Origin: Podarcis tiliguerta
Lineage: Eukaryota
Direction: 5' to 3' (one strand)
NCBI GenBank assembly: GCA_965153285.1
Contig: OZ229110.1
DNA length: 64,000 nucleotides
Notes under the pieces: generated by a model
The model's database searches: none
What the model was told of the DNA's origin: nothing
Seen by the model: the letters and a program-made list of their open reading frames with translations, nothing else
Part shown: positions 11,854 through 23,989 of the stretch, piece by piece
How positions within the stretch are numbered: the stretch's first letter is position 1
How the letters are laid out: every line of letters begins with the position of its first letter
Made by a program: the position numbers and the translations under genes

Positions 11854-12881
11854 CTGTGTAAAATTAAAACAAAACCCCCTTAAGACATATGTTAATAAAA
11901 TCATCTGAGACCCCATGGCTTTATGGGCAATATAAGTCTCTGAGACACATTTAAATTCATTACTTGGAATTCTTATGTCCATTGTGGAAGGTTTTAATAT
12001 TGTTGCTACTTTATAACTAATATATCATGGGCTAATTAATTTTGCAGCACCAAAAAATTAAGCGCTAGGAATCTAATTATAAATAAACTAATGACTCATG
12101 CACTGACAAGCCTGAAAGTAGGGCTAATATAATTAATGAATTGCATTTTGTTTAGCTTTTCATGCAATTCAGAATATATTCTTACAAAATAAAACAAGAG
12201 CTTGTTCTGAAAACAAGCCTGTTTTACTTCGACACACATAATATGAGAATTAACAGCACCCATAATGATGAACCTTCTTTCCCAACAAAAGCATACGACT
12301 ATACATATGTAAGAGCAAAATACATGCTTAAAGGGGAAAGCCCACAGGCTTCTTCATTTTCGAAGATCGAAGATTCTTAGGTCATCTGGAATCTAAGGAA
12401 TTGGGGGAATCCCCAGCACAGCACACAGGGGGAAGAGATTGAGGACTGCTGCATCTGGCAAGCTGAAATGCTTGCATACAGAACATATCTCATACATAAC
12501 ACAACAATGAATTCCACCCTGTGATTCCACCCCCCCCCCCCAAAAAAATAATCCTTCCTGATTGTGGCATCACCTCTGGCTCCCTTCCTAGGAAGACCTA
12601 CCTAAACCCACCACTTCAAAATGTCATTAAACAGCTGAAAGCTCTCTTTTTGGTAAGGTGCTGGAAGAATGGGCTATATATCACAGTAAAGGTTTGTGGC
12701 TCAAACAATGGTTATGTTTAGATTTTAACTGCTAATTTTATTGCGTCAGCTGAGTAATAATAATAAAAAAGCTTTTTGTAAGCCACCTTGAACACTTTGG
12801 GGTGGAAAGATATGTTACAATTATATATCTATAAGATCTAAAACAAGTTCATCATTAAAGAAAGGGGTGAATCCTCTTTAC

Positions 12882-13045
12882 CGAACTCAATGAAACAGTA
12901 TGGTCTAACAGCTGTATTTGTCTTCATCATGTTGTATGTGGTGATGAACTCCTTTTGAAGCTCATCCAGGAAACAGAAGGCCAGGACACTGGGGTAATTT
13001 TCAGTGCAGAGCATCATGTAACTCACTCCCAAGGAACTAATAAAA
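12882..13045 (-). CDS. SEC22A: SEC22A coding exon 2 (164 nt)
   Basis: (N)[54 protein letters not shown]. tgtag acceptor, G|gtaaag donor; phases 2/1 fit both neighbours. Confidence 0.97.
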
Positions 13046-14459
13046 CTACAAAACAGAACAAAAACATTTTAAAATGTGTTTAATGTTTCAGAATTAAATT
13101 CATGCATCTACAGCTTGACTAGAGGAGCTCTCTGTGCTGTAAGAACAAGAAAAATGGCTCTGAGTGTAATGAAAGCATCAATATTCATGAGAAATTGTAA
13201 CACTGTTTTCAAGAGGAAAAGGTCCCGAGTGTGTCCCACCACAAGTAAAAAGCAGAAGAGTACGAGGATTTTTCCTCTCTAAAGTGGGAAGAAGGAAACA
13301 GATCAAAGAGGGCAGGTGGCCTTCCCCTCTTTAACCTCTGAATGTTTTAATTATTGGTTGTGCATAAAAGGACATCTTCATTCCAAAACCCAAAACGAAA
13401 AAGCTCTTCAGAATTATCTTTATGAGCCAGAGAATGAAATCCTGCCCTAGCAATGATGCTTCTTCGTCAGTATTCAATGATGGCATTAAAGGAACTCATC
13501 AGAAGCTGGAAAACTCCCCAGATCTAATTGAAATTCTGGCATATGCTTACACTCTTTATTTATTAAACATTCTGCTAAAACACTGCATTAGTTCATCATT
13601 CCTTGTGCAATTCAAAACAATAATTCTAGGACAATTTTAGGTACATACTGTACATCTGACACTTTAAAAATAATTAGACTGATATACTGATATACTAAAC
13701 ACCAGAGATTTATCAAGAGTACTAAGGGAAGGTCAGTGCCAGAAATGTACACATCAGATAATAATACGAATTATCTAATTTTGAACTGTGAATATTGATT
13801 CTCTCTCCAACTCCATTTGCATCTACTTACAAATAATTAATTCCCCATTTGGTCTAGGGCCCACTTAATTATTAAGATCATGAAACACACACACTGTAAC
13901 ACACACACAAAGTCATTTCAAATAAACCATTCCAAAGGATGGTTTTGGTACAAGAAAAATGAAGGCAATGAGAAAGGCTTAAAATTTATGTTTTCAGCTT
14001 AAAGATACACATGGTTTTATGGCTGCTGTACACTGCTGTAATTTAATCCAGATAAACATAGTCCAACTAGGTGTGCATAAGGCACGCTGGGTTTTTCTAT
14101 AACCTATTGGAGAAAAAGAAAAAGCACTGCCAACAAACTCATGGTCTTAGACACAAAATATATTGAAGTCTGTAGGAAAATGAAAGAAACTATAGGCAGG
14201 AGTGACCCAACACTCTCACCAGGTGAAGTCACAACTGATATGCTTCAAAAACTAAAGGTAAACAACCAATGGAACAAAATGGCATAATGTGCTATGACAT
14301 CACACTACTGCTCCCACCATGTGTTCACAGCATATTTTGCCCCATTAGATTCATTTCATAAACACTTCAAAGGAAAAGCATCTCTGTTTCCAGAAGGGCA
14401 GTCCAAGGCTTGGCTGCCTATGATATAGTGGCCTGACATAAACCCTAGTATATCAAGAT

Positions 14460-14706
14460 GGAGTTTGGGAGTTTGGATTTGATATCCCGCCTTTCACTCC
14501 CCTTCAGGAGTCTCAAAGCGGCTAACATTCTCCTTTCCCTTCCTCCCCCACAACAAACACTCTGTGAGGTGAGTGGGGCTGAGAGACTTCAAAGAAATGT
14601 GACTAGCCCAAGGTCACCCAGCAGCTGCATGTGGAGGAGCGGAGACGCGAACCCGGTTCCCCAGATTACGAGACTACCGCTCTTAACCACTACACCACAC
14701 TGGCTC
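14460..14706 (-). mobile_element. tRNA-derived CORE/MIR-like squamate SINE, full length
   Basis: Minus strand: A box (TGGTGTAGTGG), B box (GGTTCGCGTCT), CORE-like GTGACCTTGGGCTAGTCAC, (CCAAACTC)n tail. 7-bp TSD TCAAGAT at 14453-14459 and 14707-14713. Confidence 0.88.
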
Positions 14707-14749
14707 TCAAGATAATCACTTGATTTGACTTCTGATTAGTCTGCCGTTA

Positions 14750-15066
14750 TATGCCTTATATATCCACCCACATGCTTCAGCCTGGACACTGAGATCCAGC
14801 ACCGAGGGCCTTCTGGCAGTTCTCTCACTGCAATAAGTGAAGCAACAGGGAACTAGGCAGAGGGCCTTCTCGGTAGTGGCTCCCACCCTGTGAAATGCCC
14901 TCCCACCAGATGTCAAGAAGATGAGTAATTGTATATCTTTTAGGACACATCTGCAGGCAGCTCTTTTCCTGTGTTTTTATATGTGCTGGAAGCCACCCAG
15001 AGGGGCTGGGTCAACCCAGTAAGATAGGCGGGATGCAAATTATTGTTATTGTTATTATTATTATTA
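14750..15066 (+). mobile_element. L2 LINE 3' end
   Basis: AGGGCCTTCTCGGTAGTGGCTCCCACCCTGTGAAATGCCCTCCC (RAFSVVAPTL[W]NALP, L2 ORF2 C-terminus), GGAAGCC.CCCAGAG.GGCTGGG..AACCCAG terminus and (TTA)n tail. Confidence 0.88.
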
Positions 15067-15231
15067 AGCAATACTGAAACAATATTTATTTTACTGTATT
15101 TATAACAATTAAAATTTCATTACAATTAAAAACTGGGGAGCATTGAAGAGCTACATAAAACAGATTCTCCTCTCCCCACAAAAATGGGGATCTGAACAGA
15201 CAAATTTACAGTAACTAGAAGACTGGCAGAA

Positions 15232-15345
15232 GAAAAATGTCTTAACCTCTTGTTTTAAAGATATCAGAGATGGGGCCAGTCTAACCTTCTTTGGGAGGGA
15301 GTTCCACAGTTGAGATGCTGCCACCAAAAAGGCCCTGGCTCATGG
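15232..15345 (-). mobile_element. L2 LINE fragment
   Basis: GGGAGGGAGTTCCACAG....GATGCTGCCACCAAAAAGGCCCT is the reverse complement of the RAF.VAAP.LWNSLP coding motif. Confidence 0.7.
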
Positions 15346-15572
15346 CAGTGGAATGCAAAACAGGATCTCTGAGGATTACTACAATTTATGGGCGTACATA
15401 TATGAGGAATGAAGCAGCTGTACAAATGCCTTCATATTTAAGATTTATGAAAATACATAATCATTTAAAGCTAACCTAGTTCCCCCCCCAAAAAGCAAAT
15501 AGTTGTTTCACTCCCTATTATAGCAGCCAACAGTTGTATGTGAAACAAGATAAAATCCCAAATAAAACTTAC

Positions 15573-15754
15573 TTTAGGTTATACAGTCCTGCATGAAGTG
15601 TGCATCTGTCAGGAAGGTGAGAAAGTCTCTTTGCAATAGTTTTGAAGTATTTTTGGCACTCCTGCACACCAACATTTTGCTCATAATCAGTAGAAGCAGA
15701 TAGAGGGAGTCCATCTCTCACACGGACCACCGAGGCAGACAGGATCATGGACAT
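15573..15754 (-). CDS. SEC22A: SEC22A first coding exon (182 nt CDS; whole exon 15573-15776), longin domain N-terminus
   Basis: Translates [60 protein letters not shown], matching the vertebrate SEC22A N-terminus. tttcag acceptor 22 nt upstream of the ATG; AA|gtaagt donor, phase 2. Confidence 0.97.
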
Positions 15755-17784
15755 TGCCAGCAGGCACAAGGAAAATCTGAAACAGAACATACATATAGAG
15801 TTTGATTTACCTTTGCTTTCATTCACTACATTTCCAGTAAGTGCATCTCGGGGTTCTAGTAAAATCCCTGGTTCAACCCCTGAGAATATCGCATCTGAAA
15901 CTCTGGAGTGCCACAACCAGACAGTGTACTGTACACAAAAGTGAGCTAGTTAGATCTGACTTCCTATGCACCTAATTCTATTTCTTATATTCATATGGCA
16001 TTTAGCAAACCATCACAAAAGTAATTCTGTCACCACAACTGGGGGAAGAAGAGCAGTCACAAATTGTTCCAACCACAAAACTGAATCACCACTGAAATAT
16101 ATATAAGTGGGCCCGGCAACAAAGTGTTGTAAAGTGTTTCTGTACAGTATTCCAGCCAGCCATAGCCTCATCCAGGCTGCTCTATTCTGTTTCACCCACT
16201 TTTCCATTCACGCACTCAATGAGTGACCACTAAGCATACTCAGCCTTAACTGAACTGTTTTGTGGAGACCGAATGGTCCCTAAGATTTTTTTGTTAACTT
16301 TGGGGTTCTCCTGAACATGCTGGTGCCTCCCCTCCTGTTTCACAGTGTCCTTGCTTTGGCTGTCATCCTGCTTGCATTCATTTATAACTCCTGCAACAAA
16401 TATTGCAGTGTGGAGTGCTCTTGTTCAGAGTTCTAGCCAGCCAATCAATCATGGCCTATTCCAGAACAGTCCTTTCCATTTCCCCTCCACACTAGTTTGC
16501 ATTCCCCACCTCCAGCAGTCAACCAGCATTGCATGGTTCACTGAGATGACTTAGCCTCCCTCCTTTAAACACAGAGCCTGCCAATAGCTTCCTCTTTTGC
16601 TTTTGGGGGCTACATAAGTTGGAGAATGAGTTTGCTCTTAGCATATGGGATTTGCTCCTAGCTGGATATTATTCCTAGCTGTGAGATATATGATACTTCA
16701 TAATATGTGGAAAACAGGAAGAGCTTATTAAAACATTCATAATGCAGAAGGTATCTCTAGTAATAACTCATAGCAGGCGTTTAAAATGCCTACTACGCAG
16801 TCTTTTTGTAAAATATCCCAAAATGTAATTAAGAAACACTCAAGTTTCTCTTTAAAGTACTCATAAAACTAGGAGAGCATTGTGAAACTTACCAAACAGA
16901 ATGCTTTTGGTATCTACAGACTCCCACAATTCCACTTGGGCACCACCCTAAAGTCAGCCAGCCTGGAGAGCTGGGCAAGGATTATCACAGTTTGTGAATT
17001 GTCATCTGCACTGCTTCCCAGCTCCAGGGTTACATGCTGTTCCCTGAATATGCTGCAAGTACATTAAAGCAGCAGCACTCGAGTACACTCAACCACATGT
17101 ACATTTCTCTTTTCCCTTGGGAAAGGCCAGTGGGTGGAAGAGGGATGTCAGCTGGAAAGAAGGTGGCAGGAGAATGATAGGCAGGGAGTGGGCAACTAAA
17201 TTTTTTGACATAGCTGCCAAGCCAGCCCAAAATTGTAGATCAGATGCAAATATGTCACTTATTCACTGAATACCATAGTCTGCCTGCCCAATTTCTTATG
17301 CATAGTAGTACAAAACACTGCCCTAAGAATGAATAGTAGCAAGTTACTTTTAAATGTCGTTAATGGAACAAAGCCACTTTTAGCTCAAACCACAGCTCAC
17401 GAACCCACTTTTAACAATGTTTAGTGCCAAGCCAATTTGCAACCATGGTTAGAAACATATTTGCAAACTGCAGTTTGATACAGTACAGATGTAACATGGG
17501 TTAGCTTTGAAAATGAAAGGGAGAGGAAAATTCACATCCAAGAGGAGAAAGTTGTGTCTGAACCTGTGGGGCACGCATGAATTCTTAACCATTATAAATG
17601 ATTAAGAAGCATTATGAATGCACCAGCCAAAGTGTTTAACACAAAGCTATTTTTGTCAGCTTTTTAAAAGAAAACAATGGTTGCGCATGGAGAGAGATGC
17701 AACTGGAAGTACCAGTGTAACCGTTCCTCGAAAACAAACTAAAGAAAATCCTCACAACACTAAAGAGGTTCACACAATCCATGC

Positions 17785-18140
17785 TTAAAGTATGGAAGGA
17801 GAAAGCATGTCAAGTGCCCCCAACCCCATTAATCCCCCTGGCCACCACCCACTATTCCACCATGCAGCCCATAGCTTCCAAACAAAAACATGGCAAGTCA
17901 AAGGTTTACACAGCCTAACAGACTTCTACAAAAATGGCAAACCCATACTAACACAAAGAATAAAAGACAAACTACGGGAAACTAGGTGTCCCCTAGTTTG
18001 TATACCCTGGCAGACCCAACACCAACTGCACACCTTCTTAAATAACCCAGCTGTCAAAGGACTCTGAACACCTTTGATAAACTTCAGAGGGACACAAAAA
18101 GGGGATGGAATTCACAATATACAAACTACTACTCAAGACC
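17785..18140 (+). mobile_element. L1/Tx1-clade LINE ORF2 fragment
   Basis: A/C-rich strand; ORF 17792-18067 (HHPLF...WQVKGLHSLTDFYKNGKP...PWQ..HQLHTFLNN) and a downstream IYKLLL resemble the post-RT region of non-mammalian L1. Confidence 0.65.
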
Positions 18141-18259
18141 CTACAAAACTGTGTTCAAAACTCTGTTTAAACTATGGTCTAAACCACCCTTTAAGTCCAT
18201 CTCAACCAAAAGAAGAGAACCAACTTTGAAACTAATTTATAGATGGTACCTAACGCCTC

Positions 18260-18598
18260 CGGATGTGGGTGGTGCTGCGGGTTAAACCACACAGCCAAGG
18301 GCTTGCTGATCAGAAGGTCGGCGGTTCGAATCCCTGTGACGGGGTGAGCTCCCGTTGCTCGGTCCCAGCTCCTGCCCACCTAGCAGTTCAAAAGCACGAA
18401 GTGCAAGTAGATAAATAGGTACTGCTCCAGCAGGAAGGTAAATGGTGTTTCAGTGTGCAGCTCTGGTTTGCCAGAAGCGGCTTAGTCATGCTGGCCTATG
18501 CCAGCTCCTTCGGCCAATAAAGCGAGATGAGCGCTGCAACCCCAGAGTCGCTCGCGACTGGACCTAATGGTCAGGGGTCCCTTTACCTTTACCTTTAC
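18260..18598 (+). mobile_element. Sauria SINE, subfamily A, near full length
   Basis: tRNA-like head with B box (GGTTCGAATCC), core CCTAGCAGTTC..AAAGCA..GTGCAAGTAGATAAATAGG, (ACCTTT)n tail; TSD degenerate. Confidence 0.92.
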
Positions 18599-20859
18599 CA
18601 CCTCGGAGGCTGGTGCTGATACACCCAGGAACCTCTCCTAAATGCTGGAGAGGCTGCACCACTACAGGCACGTACCTCTAAAACAGACGACGTATGTACC
18701 CTTGTTAGCCATGAAAATCCTTTAATAAAAACAATTTTTAAAAGGCAATGTAATGGTGTGTTCTGTAAGACACTAGAACTAGACTAGTTTTGTTCATGAG
18801 GCTAAAATAGTTTAATTGCACATCTGTCAGTTTAAATGGCCTGTAATTCACAGATGCAACATGTGTTCCAACAGTTCACTTACAAAATTGCATACAAATT
18901 TCCTACAATAAAAAAGTCCATGAGTTCAATCTTAATACTATTCTACCTAGAAAGAGATTTTCCCTCCTATCCTTACCCAAATTTCCATAAATCAAAATTA
19001 ATCTTACATGAGAAAACAAAGTATAATTCTGGTGACCTTATTATATAATGCAATTTCTGTTATTTTGAAACAATTCTGCAATGTATAAAGCTAGTACAGA
19101 ATCTCCTTTTCTCTCAGTAGTTTTTTGTATTTTAGGACCAGAGATACAAAACAAAAAAAATCCCAAATACTAGGGAACTGGAGGTGGTTAGAGCTTCACA
19201 GTACTAGATCTATTTTACAAAATCTTCCTTAAATCCTGGATAAACAGCATTCATTTCCTTTGAACTCCTATTTATGCAAAGGCAAATTAGTCACTCTTCC
19301 AAAAGATAAGCCTCCCTAAAACCGGCAAGCTGTTTTCCATGCATTACCAGATGATAGTAGCACAAAGCTGTATTTAGCTACAGCCCTATCTCATATCATT
19401 AGTCAAAGGGGTTCTAAGTGAAACCATGTTCATACGTCATTGCATGATATAAAATGTGCTTGTGGATTAAATTCGCCTGTGAGCTGCTCCTCTATTATGT
19501 ATATCATTTGAGAATGCTATTATCCTGTTATCTCCATCCTTACATCTTGCACTTTTAGAAATACTCTGGTTGCTTCCAGATGAACTGCTTATTGAGCATT
19601 TATCCTTATTAATATGCACAAAGATTGTGGGGAGGTTAGAAGATGTTGGCTACTTACCGAATAGTCATTTTGATTAATATACGGGGAAGTTACATGATGT
19701 CAAGCAATCATCATTCCCCACTTTCCGGTGCATCCAATCACTTTCCTTATTGTGAAATGTCTGATTTGAGGGAAAGAGTGGATTTGTCGTGCAAGAGTCC
19801 TCATCAACTTAAGTTGCATAACTTGGATTTGCCAGTGTGTGAAATAATAGCAACAGTTTAAAAAAGCTCTCTCTGAGACAGACTACCATATGCACTGCTA
19901 CTCACAAGTAGAGCTCCTACGAGTATAATCATCCCCGCTTTTTTCTGTGGGGAAGACAGCTCCACTCAAGAGAGTGAGGACATCTTTGAAGGCTGCAGCA
20001 CTCCATATTTGCTTTGGAGGACCACTCCTCAATCACTTGGTCAGTTTCCTTGACATTACACCTCCAAATGTGTGGCTAAATTGGCCTCTGCTCAGGGATA
20101 AACTATGCAATGTTAAATGTGTGTCTGACTTAAGCTCCTCTTAAAATGTACTAACCATCCACTTGGGAGGGGGCTGAAAATCACTGGGATCACAGCAGAT
20201 GTGGAGCATTCTCCAGGTGTGCTCTCTGCATTAAGGGAAAGCTCCCAAAGTGCCGATGGGAACTTTACAGGTTTTCACGAAATTATTTCCATTGTAACTG
20301 CAAGGCAGAAAATGGGTGAAGTCTCCCTCCACATCTCCCCCATCCCAATATTTACCAGCCATCCAGACAGCTGCTAATAACATTTTTTAAAAATCTGTAT
20401 GTTAAAGGCAAAGACTGCCATATCTAGTTTGCCCCTCAGAAAATGAAACATGCACAGCAAAGTGTTGAAGAAGCATTGCAAGTTGGTTCAGAGTAAGGGT
20501 GGCTTACATATCGGGACAGAAGAGGGTCTGGAAATATATATATAAATGAGTGATGGGAGACCCTAAAAGTTAAGCTGTCAGTAATCTTACAGAAATATAT
20601 TTGGGTGAAAATATTTAGTACTCAGACAATTTCAATAAATTACTATCACAGTGTCGTCTACACTCTAATGGTAGCGAAATAAGTTCAAAGCAAGATGAAA
20701 GAAAGGTGGGTTTTGCAGACTGTTGTGGGCCATGTGTGTAAGAACAAACAATATACTTAAACTCATATTTCTCCAAACCAAAAATTAAGTTTAATAACAC
20801 ATTGTGTTCAGTGGGGCCTACTCCCTAGTGAGTGGGTTTAGGATTATGCCTAAAGGTTT

Positions 20860-21100
20860 TCTGAAACAACTATTCCTGAAAGAAAAGTGCACTGTTACAG
20901 CTATACTTTTATTTGCAACATACTGTACTGGAAAACTAAGGAGACAATTTCTTTTTCCATCTCTGAAAGAATGGTATAGAAAATTATGGGGCAAAGAAAT
21001 CATGAATAAAATTACATAATATATATTTGTGTTAGAGAAGAGAAACAAAATTGATGTGTTTGGAGAAGAATGGAAATGGCTTAGAAACTGCTGGAATGCT
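20860..21100 (+). mobile_element. L1/Tx1-clade LINE ORF2 C-terminal fragment
   Basis: PSLKEWYRKLW...IMNKIT and FGEEWKW resemble the end of reptile L1 ORF2. Confidence 0.6.
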
Positions 21101-21760
21101 GAACGAAGTATTATTAAGCAAAATAATTTTCCTTATTATAAGGTTTCTCCTTTAGTGTCCTTACGTTTATGTTTTAATGATTTTTTTCCTATTTAAATTT
21201 GAGATGGGTATGAATACATCCTTTTAAAAACTTTTGGCTTTCTCAGAAACATAATGAATAAAGTAATGAGATGCATGACAATTGCTTTTAAAATAATACT
21301 GTGGATAGACAGCCTGTATTATGGTACATAGTGATACACAGAAGGCAGTAAATCATGTGCCAATACTGGCACATATTACAGTTGTCTGGCTAACATTTTA
21401 TTATGTTGTTCTTCATAAGCCCACATAGGCAAGTATAATGGCTGAAATCTGTTATTTAATAATGTGTTCAATTGTGTTGACTGGCAGTCCTTTCAGCAAC
21501 TTAAAAGGGGCTTGCATTAACAATGGACTGTTACTTTATTTTTCATTATTTACAATAAAATAGGCTTGTAATCAGCCACTTGCCTGTTTGCCTCAACTAA
21601 GGGTTGACTCCAAGGTCCCAGCTGAATCTCCATTGCTTTGAAGCTATAACCACAAATGCAGCTGCCATAGCTCTGAACCATATTTTCACTAGGCTATGCT
21701 CACGTTTCCAGTCTCAGTACCCGTATCTTGAAAGGTGGAAGACAGCCCCATACTTTAAGG

Positions 21761-21890
21761 CAAGGATAGAGAACCTGTAACTTACTATTCAGATGTTGCT
21801 GGACTAGAACTACAGTTGTCCCTGACTGGCTGAGGCTCATGGGAGCTGGTATCCAACAGGATATGGAGGGCTATAGGTTCCCTATCTATG
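21761..21890. mobile_element. Palindromic hAT-like MITE
   Basis: GATAG.GAACCT.TA...CAGATGTTGCTGGA and TCCAACAG.ATATG...TATAGGTTCCCTATC inverted arms. Related fragments at about 28795-28945 and 52650-52712. Confidence 0.65.
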
Positions 21891-21964
21891 AGCAACACCA
21901 AAGCTAAGATCATATGCACACTTACCTATGAGCAAGTCCCACCTAGAAGTCAGTCATTGTATTG

Positions 21965-22520
21965 CCAATACAAGTTGGAGCCTGGATATCTGAAGGAGCA
22001 TTTGCTTCCATATAGACCTACTTGTTTGTTAAGATCATCAAAGGAGGCTCTCCTAATGGTGTCACCACTGGCTGTGGCACAGAATGCAGCAACCTAAGCA
22101 AGGGCCTTTCTTGTGGCTGTATCCGTTCCACAGAACTCCCTCTGCCCTGAAATATGCTTGGTGCAAATTGTGTTGGATTTCAACACCTGCTTCAGACTTA
22201 GCTCTTTATCTAACCTTTGCTGACTATTATTATTATTATTTCATTTTAATAACTGCTTGCTATGTAAGGACTTCCTAATCAACTTGCAAAATTTTAAGAG
22301 CATAAACATAAAGCAGAGCATAAAATAAGGAAAAGTAACAATACATAACAATTAAAGAACCCTATATTCCATAAATCAGACCCAGCTTGAAATTGTATTT
22401 ATTGCTGGCTGCAGAGGGTATAATTTTATAATGGTTTTAATATGTATTTTATCCTATTTTATTTTGTGAACCGCTCTGGTTTTACTTAGCTGAAGACCAA
22501 TATATAAATAGCTTTAAATA
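21965..22520 (+). mobile_element. Degenerate L2 LINE 3' region
   Basis: ORF piece LEPGYLKEHLLPYRPTCLLRSSKEALLMVSP (L2 ORF2 C-terminus), AGGGCCTTT...GTGGCT, and a TTGTGAACCGC...ATATAAAT tail. Confidence 0.75.
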
Positions 22521-22999
22521 AACTAACCAACTCATTCTTTGGGACTTCCTTCTAAGTACATATACATAGGATTGCACTTAAAATCAAACTACATTTAGCA
22601 ATCCCACTGACAGTCAATAAATATTTCAGAAGGGTCAAATGAAAAGGTTATTCTAGGATAAGATAACAATGAATCTCATGTAAACCACTGAAGGAGGAAA
22701 AATTATTTCACTTTAACACCATTTTTACACTGCGGTACCATTTATTTGCAAGATCTTGTAAGAAATAGTGTGATCCATCCTTGATGGAACAACTTCCTCT
22801 TAGGAAACTAAAAGGAATACACTTGTAGCTTTTTGAGTTTACACTATGGAATAATGTTACCATATGAAGAGAGTTGCATTAATGTAACCTTGGGGATACA
22901 CAGCTCAGAGTAACATATGGCCAAATCAGTAATTACCACAGTAGTATTACATTCATTAAGCAATAAAAACATGCTCAAGAAGCTGAGGCCTAACCCACA

Positions 23000-23193
23000 G
23001 TGGTAAGGAAGACCTTCCTGGCATGTACTCCCTCAGGATGTGGTGGACTCTCCTTCATTTCAGGTTTTTCAACAGAGGCTGGAAGGCCATCCATTAGGGA
23101 TTCTTTAGCTGCGATTTCTGCATTGCAGGGGGTTGGACTAAATGACGCTTGGGATACCATCTAACTCTACAGTTCTATAATTCTATGATTCTA
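23000..23193 (+). mobile_element. CR1 LINE 3' end
   Basis: GTGGACTCTCCTTC...AGGTTTTT.AACAGAGGCTGGA, then GGGGTTGGACTA.ATGAC and an (ATTCTAT)n tail. Confidence 0.85.
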
Positions 23194-23203
23194 CTATACC
23201 TTT

Positions 23204-23541
23204 GGGACACGGGTGGCGCTGTGGTCTAAACCACAGAGCCTAGGGCTTGCCAATCAGAAGGTCGGCAGTTCGAATCCCCACTCCAGTTGCTCGATCCCAC
23301 CTCCTGCCAACCTAGCAGTTTGAAAGCACATCAAAGTGCAAGTAGATAAATAGGTACCGCTCCGGCGGAAAGGTAAACGGTGTTTCCGTGTGCTGCTTTG
23401 GTTCGCCAGAAGTGGCTTAGTCATGCTGGCCACATGATCTGGAAGCTGTACGCTGTCTCCCTCGGCCAATAAAGTGAGATGAGCACCACAACCCCAGAGT
23501 CGGTCACAACTGGACCTAATGGTCAGGGGTCCCTTTACGTT
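23204..23541 (+). mobile_element. Sauria SINE, subfamily A, with 12-bp TSD
   Basis: Same head, core and tail as the 18260 copy. TSD TACTATACCTTT at 23192-23203 and 23542-23553. Confidence 0.93.
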
Positions 23542-23989
23542 TACTATACCTTTACTAACCACTTAATAACTTTCCACAGCCATACCGACAACAATTGCCC
23601 TAAAACGTCACAGCATTTCCTCCCCAGTATTGTATTAGGGAAGGCTGAGGGAAGGATTCCCTCACCCCCTTTTATTTCAATAAACCATAAAGCAACAAAC
23701 AAATAGTCTCATTAAATCCCCCACTAGTAGCACCCTGCATGGAAGGGCAAGGGAGGAAAACTAAAGGGCACCCTTCTTTTCCACAACTACCAAGAGGCCT
23801 TGCACTCAGAAATGCAGTTTTTAGTGGTAGGCCTAAAATCCTAAATATATATCCCTCATTATGCAAGAGCGCTTCCTTCTCCAAATCCTCCCCAATACGC
23901 CTTTTGCCAAAACCCTAGAGGGGGATATGCGAATCGCAAACACACACCCAGCTACATTAGCTCAGGTATTTAAGGGCAGAGTCCCCCCC

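Noticed and set aside
15777-15916. N-terminal extension of SEC22A suggested by the 115-aa ORF
   Set aside because: This part lies upstream of the tttcag acceptor and is intronic; the conserved start is the ATG at 15754.
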